From contig ML978121.1 of the NCBI GenBank assembly GCA_010015805.1, positions 2,356,001-2,420,000 of the forward strand: DNA of 64,000 bases. Reading direction: 5' to 3'. Positions 1 to 11,376 of the stretch are shown here, in pieces. The notes beneath the pieces were generated by a model, which did no database searches, was not told the DNA's origin, and worked only from the letters and a program-made list of their open reading frames with translations. The translations under genes and the position numbers were made by a program. The stretch is from Rhizodiscina lignyota (Eukaryota). The first letter of the stretch is position 1. Every line of letters starts with the position of its first letter.

Positions 1-101
1 GAGTCGGCCTTGATGTCGGTAATAGAGAGGTCTGGAGGGAGCAGGAAGGCATTCGCGGCGAGCGCGAGCGTGGCGGCTAGGCCGAGCGAACGGGCAGCCA
101 T
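1..101 (-). CDS. 5' end of a secreted or membrane protein gene running off the left edge (MAARSLGLAATLALAANAFLLPPDLSITDIKAD...)
   Basis: ATG at 101-99 on the minus strand in CAACCATGG context, preceded by a pyrimidine-rich leader; hydrophobic signal peptide ending A-N-A; frame open to the window edge. Confidence 0.7.
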   Translation of the reverse strand, partial: MAARSLGLAATLALAANAFLLPPDLSITDIKAD

Positions 102-805
102 GGTTGTGAGGTAGAAACAGAAAGAACAAAAGAACCAGATTCTCAGTTATCGAACCGGTGGTAGATGAAATGTAGATGCGGCACGGTTGAAAGACCGTTT
201 GTACATGTGGGAGGAAGAAAGAGGAAGCCTGGAACACGGAGGTGGTGAGATGGGTGGGCAGGCAACGTCAGCGCGCCAAGCCGATTGGGGGGCAGCGCCA
301 GCCCGGTGGCTGTGCCGGCAGAACTCCGGGCGCGGCGTCTTTCACGCAATCATCGCAGCATTCCTGCTCCTTGGCTCCAAATATATCCACTGCTCCGGGA
401 CAGGCGGATGATGACAGGATCTGGAGTATCGATTATCGAAACACAAACAATGACATTTACTGCGGAGTGGACCCATGGCCCCCTTCCAGACTAGCATTGG
501 GCGGGTTTCTACACTTCCTCAGCCCCAACGTCAAAAGAAGCACTCTGACACGTGAGGAGGACGAGCTCGCAAGACGGAACCTGGAATGTCATGAACACTG
601 TGTCACTCATCCTACATCACGTAATAAGTGTAGAGAACTCAAGTTTTGATTTTCTTCCAGTCTATGCATCTCTCGCGCTCTAATTCAATCGTAGTAGCCC
701 CACTCTTCTTAAACTCGCAATAAAATCCCAGAGCACAAAACCTTAACCCAGAATATATGAGGCAAACCCCAATGAGCAAGGAAAGAAAAGAAATTTCAGC
801 CATAA

Positions 806-2032
806 TTACCGCTCTCCTTTTGTGATAACGTCGCCCATCGGGTATGGTCGGTTTTCCCAAAATCGGGGATAATATGATCCCCCAGAGACATAGCTAGAGC
901 ATTCTCCAGGGGACTCATTATCCTCATTACAAGCAGCGTCCTCGGAATCACTGCCCAAGGGCTCAGAGCAGTCAACACCTCGGAGGCTCACGTCCGTGGA
1001 GGCTTCAGCGACTATGCCCACGACTGGAGCGGGAAGCTCATCGAACCGAAGGTCTAGTGAGGGCATAGTTATTGAAGGACGACTGCGCTTACCTTTCCTC
1101 TTCGCGCTCAGACGCTCGGGCTGTGGAGTTGTCTTCCCAAAGCGCACAAACGCGGTAACAGGCTCTTGAAAGGGTTCAAAGAGCGCTGCGCTAATCTTGG
1201 GTGTGCTTCGTGAGGTCTGTTCGGACAGCCCAGCTAAGGGAGCAGGCTCCGGGAGAGATTCGAGTATAGTCCCACCCAAATCCAACATATATGAAGGGAC
1301 ATCCATAGAAATACGGATACTCGTTTTCTTAATAGTACCCCGCCGAGGCTGTAGAGCATCCTCATCAGCCGGGAGCTCGGAAACAACAGACTCCCGAAGG
1401 GACCAATTAAACCTGAAGGGTCGCTGAGGCTGAGGTTGCATCAGCGTAGGATTGAGAGGCCTCGGTGGAGAAATTCCGGAATTACCAAATATATGGCCCT
1501 CCCATTCCGATGCGATGTGAGAGACAGGATAATTACGCTGCCGCCGATTTGGATCCGCCCAACGTTCGCGTTCGTCATTCCTCTCCTGGAGCCAACTTGA
1601 AGCGATACCGAGATCGTTACTCGACCGATCCTGATGGTTATGGTCGGAAGGACCTTGTGTTGGGTAATTGATACTGTTAGCCAACGGTTGCTCAACCTGT
1701 CTAGAACGAGCAGGCTTAGAAGGCAGATCGACACCTCGATAAGAATTATTTGGGAGATAATCCTGACCATGTGATGGGATGTATAGGTCCTCATCATATG
1801 TAGCTCTATGCCCGCGGGCCCCATAGGGCCTATAGCGGGCAGGCAAATTACCACTTCGGTGGTTATCAAGGCCACATGAAGGAGTCGGCCTCGGGGCCGT
1901 TGTTGGCATAGGAGCGCTCCGCTCGGGCTCCGCCTCGCTCTTTTTCCAGGTCACGAGCGACTTGATCATGTTAAGCAAACGCGTAGACCTCTTCGTCGAG
2001 CCCGAACGAGTGCTCTTAGCATGTCGAGGCAT
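806..2032 (-). CDS. Hypothetical low-complexity (Ser/Pro/Arg-rich) protein, about 408 aa
   Basis: Long single ORF (806-2122); first true ATG at 2032 (MPRHAKS...); no recognisable domain. Confidence 0.5.
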   Translation of the reverse strand: MPRHAKSTRSGSTKRSTRLLNMIKSLVTWKKSEAEPERSAPMPTTAPRPTPSCGLDNHRSGNLPARYRPYGARGHRATYDEDLYIPSHGQDYLPNNSYRGVDLPSKPARSRQVEQPLANSINYPTQGPSDHNHQDRSSNDLGIASSWLQERNDERERWADPNRRQRNYPVSHIASEWEGHIFGNSGISPPRPLNPTLMQPQPQRPFRFNWSLRESVVSELPADEDALQPRRGTIKKTSIRISMDVPSYMLDLGGTILESLPEPAPLAGLSEQTSRSTPKISAALFEPFQEPVTAFVRFGKTTPQPERLSAKRKGKRSRPSITMPSLDLRFDELPAPVVGIVAEASTDVSLRGVDCSEPLGSDSEDAACNEDNESPGECSSYVSGGSYYPRFWENRPYPMGDVITKGER

Positions 2033-2717
2033 ACTTGATGATGTCGTCGAGTTGGTGGGTCGCTTGTGAGTGTTGAAAATGGATGAGAGGATAGTGCCTC
2101 GGATGGTACCTTTGAAGTTCACAAATGTATAGCAAGCTTACAAGTATGAACTCAAGGTAGTTGGTGACCGAGACCGTTGATGAATTGAGATGATTCGACA
2201 ACAGAGGCCATATTTATATGCATTCGGTCCTGTTGTCCAAAGTGAGGATATGAGTGAGATGTTGACATTGTGGTAACAGACAAAGCGCTGGAGACTTTGA
2301 ACAAAGCACAAAACAGTAATGTTGTAACTCCTGCATGCAACAATGCATTGTTAGAGTGATGTTGGGCGTGAATGAGGAAGTCGAAGCAGAGTTCATGGGC
2401 GTTGTCGTGCCCGTAAAAGAGCAGAACAGAACTTTGGTATGTGCATTCCCGAGCACAACACATCGAAGATTCGTTGAGTTTGAGACTTGTGAATGAATCG
2501 CGCAAGGGTGAAGATGTTGAAAGATTGAGTTGCTGATTGGTCGGCGTCTCTTTCCGGTTAGACAGCAATATCCACATGTAAAGGGAAGTTGGAGAACTCG
2601 GTTAGGGTTAGGGTCGAAAGAGCCATCTGCTCGACTTCACGACGCGGGAGTTCAGGTCCAAAGGAATTTGAGAAACCAGACACATAGGTTACCCACCACA
2701 CAGTCGCCGCAAGTTTT

Positions 2718-4922
2718 ATGCGGCCGTTCTTTCATGTGCGGCCACTACGACGCATCGGGTACCCAAAGTCTCGTTCAACGTTGGGTGTGAATACACAAAC
2801 TTTGAGTCAGAGGCTCGACCCAAAAATTTCAACATATAAGAGCCTCCGTCAGCATCTTCCAGTCACTCATCCACGAAGTTACGCGACCATGGCGCTTCCC
2901 AATGGCGCACCTGCGCCTTCGATTGACGAGCTTGCGAAATCATTGCAGAGCCTCGGAGTCTCAGAGGTTCCAAAGCAACCAGGAACATATCCAGAACTAA
3001 ATCCTGTAGATATCTACAGATCGCACATTACAGAGCTTCTGGCGTCAAAAACCGACATCGATCCCAAAATCATCTATCCTGCGCTTCAATGGACACAAAC
3101 ACTTGACAAGGGAGATTTGGTTCTCGCTGTACCAGCACTGAGAGTCAAAGGCAAGAAACCGGACGTGCTTGCTAAAGAGCTAGTGGAGAAGGTAGAATAC
3201 CGAAGATACTCTTTCCAACTACGAAGCGAGCAACTAACGATATTTTGACAGTTCCCAGAATCCCCTCTAGTCGAGCCTCCAACAACCAGCGGAATCTACC
3301 TCCAGTTCTTCTTCAAGCCGCTTCCACTTGCTACGCTTCTCCTCCCATCCATTCTCCACGCGACTAGCTCATATGGCTTTAATCCTTATCTCGGCCTCCG
3401 CGACCCTTTTGATCCTTCTTCTGGTAGAAAACGCATGATCGTAGAGTTCAGCTCTCCTAATATCGCGAAGCCTTTCCATGCGGGACATCTCAGAAGTACA
3501 ATCATCGGTGGCTTTCTTTCAAGCTTATTCCAAGCGGCAGGATGGGACGTTATCAGGATGAACTACCTCGGAGACTGGGGCAAGCAATACGGTGTTCTGG
3601 CTGTGGGGTTTGAGAAGTTTGGCAGTGAAGAGGAACTGCAGAAGAATCCGATTGGCCATCTCTATGACGTGTATGTGAAGATTTCGGCAATAAGCAGGGA
3701 GGAAGAGGAACAAGTCAAGGCGAAGAAAGCTGAGGTAGCTGCAAAGAAGGAGAAGGGTGAGGACGCAGCAGAGCTGGAGAAAGAGATTCAGAAGATACAA
3801 GAGGAAGGCGTTGATGAGCAAGCCAGAAAATATTTTAAGAGAATGGTTGATGGTGATCCGGAAGCACTTGGTGTGTGGAAGCGCTTCAGGAATCTCAGTA
3901 TCGAGAAGTACAAGCAAACATACGCGAGGTTAAACATTTTCTACGACGAGTACTCAGGAGAGTCTCAGGTTCAAGACAAAAGCATGGATGAGGCTGCGAG
4001 GATAATGGAGGAGAAGGGAGTGAGTGAGGTCAGCGAAGGAGCGGTGGTTGTGGATTTGACAAAGTACAGCAAGAAGCTTGGTAAAGCTTTGGTCAAGAAG
4101 AAGGATGGCACGAGTCTGTACCTTACTCGTGATATTGGCGCCGCTGCGGAGAGGTTCGAGAAGTACCATTTCGATAAAATGATCTACGTCGTGGCATCGC
4201 AACAGGATCTGCATCTGGCGCAACTATTCAAGATAACGGAGGCCATGGGAAGGAAAGACATTGCTGAGCGGTGTCAGCACGTCAACTTTGGCATGGTCCT
4301 TGGCATGAGCACGAGAAAAGGGACTGCGAAATTCCTCGACGACATTCTCAGGGACGTCGGCGATTATATGCATGAGGTTATGAGGAAGAATGAGGACAAG
4401 TACAATCAGGTCGAAGATCCGGTAAAGACGGCGGACATCCTGGGAATCAGTGCGGTCATGATACAAGACATGACCGGCAAGAGGATAAACAACTACAACT
4501 TCGACATGGACCGCATGACGTCGTTCGAAGGCGACACAGGTCCTTATCTTCAATATGCACATGCTCGTCTCACATCGATCATCCGCAGGGCTTCTGGCTC
4601 CCCTGATCCTTCCGCTCTCATCCCCGATCTTCTGAAGGCGGACCTCTCTCTCCTTTCCGAACGTCATGCCATCGAACTTATCCGGACACTAGTTCAATGG
4701 CCCGACGTCTTCTTGAACACGCTAAAGACACTTGAGCCCATCACCGTGCTCACGTATCTCTTCAAGATGACGCATGCTTTGAGTTCAAGTTACGATCACT
4801 TGCAGGTTGTGGGTAGCGAGGAGAAGGTCAAGAACGCGAGATTGGCGTTGTATGTCTGCGCTAGACAGGTTTTGGGCAATGGCATGAGGTTGCTGGGCTT
4901 GACACCATTGGAGAGGATGTGA
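2718..4922 (+). CDS. argS: Arginyl-tRNA synthetase (class I); 2 exons (2718 or 2889-3191, 3252-4922); probable mitochondrial (ATG 2718) and cytosolic (ATG 2889) isoforms
   Basis: VEFSSPNIAKPFHAGHLRSTIIG (HIGH-like), YLGDWGKQ, GMSTRKG (KMSKS-like), GDTGPYLQYAHAR and C-terminal LGLTPLERM; intron 3192-3251 (GTAGAA...ACTAAC...ACAG) joins the two ORFs in frame. Confidence 0.96.
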
Positions 4923-4989
4923 TGATATGACGAATTGTAGTACGATAGGCATTAGAACAAAAGAATTCATTTCCGTGGTGACTTGAGCT

Positions 4990-5035
4990 ATTTTCAACTT
5001 CATTTTCAACTCATTTTTCAACTCATTTTTCAACT
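4990..5035. repeat. Short tandem repeat, about 4 copies of CATTTT(T)CAACT (11-12 nt), in the ArgRS 3' region
   Basis: Directly visible: attttcaact tcattttcaact catttttcaact catttttcaact. Confidence 0.75.
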
Positions 5036-5659
5036 TAACAAGCAAAACTCTGCTAACAGCCGCAGACGTACGCAACATTGCATCTCCAATCTTTCCCGTG
5101 GCCAAGCGGCGTTTCATAGGAACTGAAAAGGTACACTTCCACCGATGCGGCCGACAACATCTGTATAGCTCGCGGGTAATTTTCAAGAAACGCACCGCAG
5201 CTCTCGCGCGAGGCCAATTTCCTCTCTTAACACGCGAATATCGCTCAACCTCAGGTCGTGCACTTTCTTCCTTTCGCTTTTCCGTTATCACCCTGTGACT
5301 CGCCGTATCACTCGGAAGCCAATTTCCAATAACACTCGGAGAGCACAGGGCAAGTCGAGCGGAACCGGAGGAAGTGAAGCTGGAGCGTGTAAACCAATTC
5401 AAAGGACTACACCACTCACCCGCTAGGCAGACATACCTCAGTGCTATTTAAACACCAACAACTCCTCTTCAACTTCACTACTCGAAGCACGACCTCTTCC
5501 CTCATCAGAATTCTCAATGGATACGGGCGGTGCATAGGTAAGTCTTCTTCGTCTCTGATTCGTGCCCAATTGCATTGTAACTGTAGTATTAGCCCGGGGC
5601 GAGCTCCCACTGCCTCACGCCGACTGACCAGACCTGTCACTGTTGTACTGAGCACAAGC

Positions 5660-6276
5660 ATGAGCTTCAAGCTGATCATATCGAACACTCGCCATCCAAT
5701 CCAACAAGGCAACGACGCGGACACAAGAGAACGACTAGAAAGCTCAAGAAGAAAAACAACACGAACAGTAAGTCAGGATCTGTTTCTGAACCTCGCCGTA
5801 TAGCGGCGAAACAACGTCGAGCGCGCGACTATCTATCGAAACACCCCAGACGAGCAGCCATGCTACTTCTTCAAGCTCCCGCTCGAGCTCCGCCAGGAGA
5901 TCTACGGCTACGCACTGGACGACATCTACCGCTTCCCGGATCCGTACACTGATACGCCCGCAGACTATGGCAACACAGTCTCTGCTTTTGAGCTTTGGCT
6001 GAACTGGGAAGACTTCTTCTATGCAACGATGAAGGAAAATGGCGAGAACCAAGCGGCGATGCGTCCCTCCTGAACGTCAGTGCGCAAATTCGAGCCGACA
6101 TGCACATCTTCATCCGCGAACGCGTCGAGGTGATAGAGGATCTCCAAGGGATGGCAGCAGAACTCAAGTCGCGAATGATGGGGGAAGAGGATCTGGAGGA
6201 CGTACTGGACCCGCTGACTGGGTATGAGGGGTGGTTGGAGTGGCAGCGGATTAGGCTGCAGCAAAAGATGGAGTAG
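5660..6276 (+). pseudogene. Small F-box-like hypothetical gene, apparently frameshifted
   Basis: CYFFKLPLELRQEIYGYAL (from 5861) and SLLNVSAQIRADM (about 6064) are two motifs usually found together in one fungal protein family but lie in different frames; an in-frame TAG at 5801-5803 is removable only by a 36-nt GTAAGT...TAG intron. Confidence 0.45.
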
Positions 6277-6278
6277 GG

Positions 6279-6810
6279 AGTGGAGTAGATAGAGTGCAAT
6301 TTGACGACATATCAAACTGCGAGGCTGCGCGGCTGCGCGGCCTCTTCACTCGAGATATATCATCCTATTTAAAGCTATACAATGTGAACAAACACTGCCT
6401 AAATGAGATTATATTAACCTTTCGTTGATGCTCTCGTATGTGTTGGAGAGTAACACTTAGATTTGATTGGTACTTTATTATACTCCGCGGACAGTTTTCA
6501 AGTATAGAGTAGAGGATATAGATTACGCCCTGACGGCATATCAAACCATGAGGCTGCGCGACTCCTCTATCGACATATATCGTCCACTTCAAAGCCGAGT
6601 AACAGTTGGATTTGATTAGGTGTTTTATTATGCTCTGCTATCAGCTTTCAAATACGGAGTGGTGTATATAAATTGCGTTCTGACCAAAGCTGTGCGATGC
6701 TAACAAACACCTCCCCAATAATATTACATTGACCTTCCATTAATGATCTCGATGTATTGGAGAGTAACACTTTGAAATGATTACGTGTTTGATGGTGGTC
6801 CGCGATCAAC
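6279..6810. repeat. Degenerate tandem repeat, unit about 230 bp, 2-3 partial copies, AT-rich
   Basis: tgacgacatatcaaactgcgaggctgcgcg (6302) vs tgacggcatatcaaaccatgaggctgcgcg (6531); ttggagagtaacactt at about 6443 and 6757; gagtaacagttggatttgatt at about 6597. Confidence 0.7.
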
Positions 6811-9800
6811 AAATTCGTCACCTTCGGGTGCTCCCTACGACAGCGTATGAAACTGGCCTGGCTCTGAGAGAAATAAGGAGACATGGGACGATTCTGCTCC
6901 AGCTTTCCAATGGCCTAATCCAATCTAAAGGAGGACGAAGTTGACATTGTCAATCGAGTCAAGAGAACCCCAGCTTTGGTTGCATATCAGGAGCATCAGG
7001 GAGTTTCAACGGTATAGTGAGGCTTCAGAGGGTGAAGCGAGCTCGAGCGTGAACAGAGGGTGACAGAAATATTAGGTAATGGCTACAATAGCTCGGCCTG
7101 TGGAAGTGCAGTCAGTCAATTGGAGACGAGCTATGTTCATTAAAGCCGCGAAGACTGTATCACTACTGGCTGAGGTATATCGTACGGAGCTTTCAGCTAT
7201 GCTGTCACCTGAGTTGGAGAAGGGAATTCGGTTTTGAAAGTAAACTTCCAAGCATGCTCCCGTCCAAGCTGAAGAGCAAAACTCGCTTGTGCTGTGCTGT
7301 TTCGATATCCGTCGGGGTCAGCCATTCTGCCACCCTCGAGACGGGCCACGAGATGATTATGTCACTCGGTCCAAAGGCCCACGGAGTTCTAGTTCAGGTC
7401 AACTACGAAAGCGCAGCTCTATGTGAAACGATGCGAGTTTTTCTCAGTCTCGAAGGAGGTGGAAGTACGCAGTCACGTGATACGTCGTCGGATATGAAAG
7501 GGATAAAGGAGATTTAATCGAAACAAGAGATCTGGCCTTTGCCAAATCTCCCTCCCGATCATCTGCACAACATAGCCGGCGATTTTCACGCAATACTCGC
7601 CGACATGTTTGATCATGTGGTTCATGTGGTTCATGATTGGGGCCGGTCCGCGGACACACCAGTGCTTGACCATTGTGCCGCTTAATAGCACTTCCAATTC
7701 GGGAGCACGCGATAGTCGGCCCCGACCCGAGCCCCTTTTCGACGCGAATAAACTATGTGACCAGCACAAGACTGAAATTGTGAAAGACAAGAAGCTCGTG
7801 TGGGGCCCCGAGCCATGCCGCGCTCCTCGCGACTCAAGAAGGGTGGTCAGATTGGCCTCTTTCATTCGCGCGATCGCAGTGGCCAGAAGGAAGAGTATTG
7901 AAACGCGCCAGAGGGGGGTGAGAATAGGAAGTTGGCGGAAATCCTGATTTCTCAGGACTGGCGCTCAGTGACATTCTCGTCCAATCCGAGGACATTCGGG
8001 GACCCGACTAAGCTGGGAGAGCGCTAAAGTGACAAAGCACAATGGAATACTGAACAAAGAGAGTTGTGAGAGATTGTGCTGGTGTGTAAAAGCAGCGCGG
8101 CGCGTGTCAGGAGACAGGCAGAACGCGCCGGGCCCTCGAGCGGTGGCGTGAAATTGACGGGGAGACTTGAGACGAAGGGGCAAGACAAGCGAGAGGTAGG
8201 GAAAGGCGCCACCGAGTCACTTGAGGGCGGCCATTGGCCTGGCAGAGCAGCCTCCACAATGTCGGGCCGAGCCGACACGCGCCAGAGGGGGTTTGGGACG
8301 CTCCTCTCACCATGGAACGCGACGTGTGTGGCCGAAAATAGACCGGGCGCGGGTCGCGTGGCACGGTGCTGTTTTCGCTCCCTGCTGTCGAATTTTTCGC
8401 TTTGGGCATTGTGCATGATGCCCAAAAGTGAGTCAGAATTATCCTGCGAACGTCATGGACGCCGGGACTTTTTTCGCGAAGAGAAATGGAAATAAGAATG
8501 GACTGTGGCTGGAGGCCTGAAATTGGCTTAGAGGGATGGCGAATATGTGTAGTACCTGCGTTGATGCGCTGTTCGCGACGACATCCGCTTGGACGATGCG
8601 TCCCGTCGCGCCCGTTAGCGAACGCGTCCTGCAAAATGACATCCTCCGCGTTGAGAGTGGTTGTTTTCATCAAATTGGCCTTTTCTGCGGCCAGAGGCAC
8701 CAGAAACTCGAGTCTCGCGGTGCTCAGGGTGCTGCTACGGCTAAACGGACGGGTCCATTGGCCGCGACGGCGCGCTGAGCAGTTTCACGCTGGTTTCACT
8801 GGATCTGGGGCCGTTCAGCTCGTGAATGCGGAGTTCGACAGCCAGTTCAGGCGCTTAGAGGAGAGGAAAGCTGCGAAATAGAAGAGATGAGGTCCCTCAC
8901 TGACTTATGAGGCTCTGGCCGTTGCAGCATGGCGTTGTGCTCGTCCAAACAAAGAGCGGTGTGCTCGCTGCGCGCTGGTGGTGCTATCGATGCATGCACA
9001 GGACGATGCCCTTCCTAAACGACATGCGATTCATGTGCGCTTCTGGGAACATCCCGCCTGAGCAGCGAATCGTGGAATTGCCTGGCCCATTGCATTGAGC
9101 AATGAGCAGTATTCCCGAATATGTCCGCGCCATGGAGATCTGTTGTGACACAGTGCAATCGAATTGACGTCGAGCATCGTTTTCGATGAAAATGCGGTGA
9201 TACCTATTCGCCTATCCGACGCCTGCAAGCGAGCGTTCACGCTACTGCTCGTGCTTGATGCAGGTAGACAACTGCTACGCCGAAAACTTTTGGCTTCCGA
9301 GATCGATCACAACCGCATGGCATCATCACGCGCACCACATGGCAGCAAATGCGAAAATGTGAGCGCCCAATTCTTCCAAATTTTGCCAGGCGTGGCCCGT
9401 GGTTGGCTTAGAAATTGCCGGCTTTTTACGGGCCTGAGCACTCGTACGGGAGATTGACATGTAGAGGCTAAAGGAAGGGGAGCTAAAGCTACTGTACGTA
9501 CTTTTGCGGGCCACATCCGATCGTGAGCAGCGTCTATAGCATCCTGTCTGATAAGTTCCAAGGCGGGAGGGATGGGCCTGCTGGCAAGCATCAAGGGAGT
9601 TGAAGGCGGATGGGTTCTGGCGATTGTCGGCCCTATACGAACTGAGCTGCCAGAGCTTCGAAAGAGCTTCCATGGAGGTCGTAGTCAGACGCGGCGCAGC
9701 GTTTGAGCATCCTGGAAGCGTGGCCGAAGCACGCCGAGCGCCTTCTCGAATCGTGGGGGTTCCTTGCGCTGGATAAATGGATGCGCATCATCGCGGTCGG

Positions 9801-11376
9801 CCTCAGCCAAGGTGGTGCCGTTGCGGTGCCGGGAAGCGACGAAGGTTGGGTAGAGTGGTGAGAGCGAAGTCGAGGAAGCAGGCATCAGACGTTCACGCCG
9901 CAAAATCTCGAAAGGTGCAAGGAAGCGGGTGCAGGCGTGGAATGCAAAATTACAATGGTTTTGTTCTCGTTGAAGCCAATCGAGGCGCTGCGCAACCACA
10001 CCACGGCATGGATAGCATGGGCAGGTCGAGGCACAGGCGGAGCCATAGGCAGAGAGCGTGCAGCTTGTAGGCAGGCAGACAGCTCTCCACAGCTCTGAGC
10101 GATCAACAAGAGAGAGCGCATGAGCTCGGCAAGCCTGCGACAGACGCCGCGTTGACAGGCGTCCGGAACATGATCCCATCGCGAGTCTGCTCAGAGCACC
10201 ACCAGTGTCCGCCGCCCTAAAACAGCGCAGGCACCCATGCCTCTCCCTCTCGCCCCCTCCCCTCCCGCGCGTCGACACACAAGCTCTTTGCCGTCTTAAT
10301 ATATCGCATGTCTGACCTCAATCGCGGGCATCCCTTCACCACAGCTGCCCTCCGTCCTGCCATTCGCTGCGTTGGGCCCATCAGGCGCTAACCCCTAAGC
10401 ATCATCCTGCCCAGCCCACCCATCAGGCCGCGAAGCTGGTGACTGGTGTGAGCGACGCCGCAGCCGTCAGTCAGATCCTCTTAAATCTATGCGCGCCGCC
10501 TGCTCCCTTTTCGGCTCTTCTCTGCCACAGAAAAAGTCCGCCTCGAAGCTGTTGCACCACGACGCCAGCCCATCGACCGACACCCCACACGCCGTCGCCG
10601 AAGAGACGCGCACCGCGCACAGCAACCCGCCGTCAGCCCTGGCCGCCGCTTGCTTTATTATTTGCAAGCTCGCCCGCCAGCCTTGCTGCTGCTTCGTCGC
10701 ATCACTCGCGAGCAGAAGGCGCGTGGAAGATTCCACCTCGTCGTTACGCCCCGCTGACAGAGAGCGACCCCTACCCGCGACGCACTTGTACCCAGGCCGC
10801 TGCACCTAAAAACGCGCGCCTTCCCTATTTTCTTCCTTAGGCAGGCCCCGAAGCAGCCCAAACAGTCTGACCGGAATTTTGCTGCACAGCACGCACGAGA
10901 AAAAGACGGCGCGCACCGTCCACCATCGTCACTTTATTCATCATGACTCCAGCACTCCACTCGTCTCCTCGCCGACACTCTTGAGCCTCGCACACGAAAA
11001 TCAATCGCGCTCTCACCTCGCGCGCGCGCATTCGCAGCACCAAACCGCACACAGTCACAATCAATGCCGCCTCGCCAGTCTGGCCACCGTACCACCCTCA
11101 GCCTTATCCGCCGAGTTTATCGATATTCTTAAAAAGAACCCTATTATTCCCCGCGCGTCCAGTCACTCTCGAAAGCCGAATTTGCGATTCCTCGTGCCAG
11201 GACTTTCACTGTTCTCGTCTGGTCGCCCAACATCGCACACAGCCCAAGCTTGACTCACCAAAATACCTCCACCACTCACGAACTATTCGTCTCTTCTACG
11301 ACACCTACTTTACTGAACTGAAACTACAATCCATTCTACTTGGCCTCTGGCCTTGACAACACCACATTCGCCCACA

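Noticed and set aside
6880..7640. Possible minus-strand gene (MNHMNHMIKHVGEYC...; ...WPVSRVAEWLTPTDIE...)
   Set aside because: Fragments are short and stop-interrupted, with no convincing splice sites or recognisable motif.
8024..11253. Many overlapping 60-200 aa ORFs on both strands
   Set aside because: Arg/Ala/Pro-rich products expected by chance in GC-rich non-coding DNA; no domain; mostly non-ATG starts.
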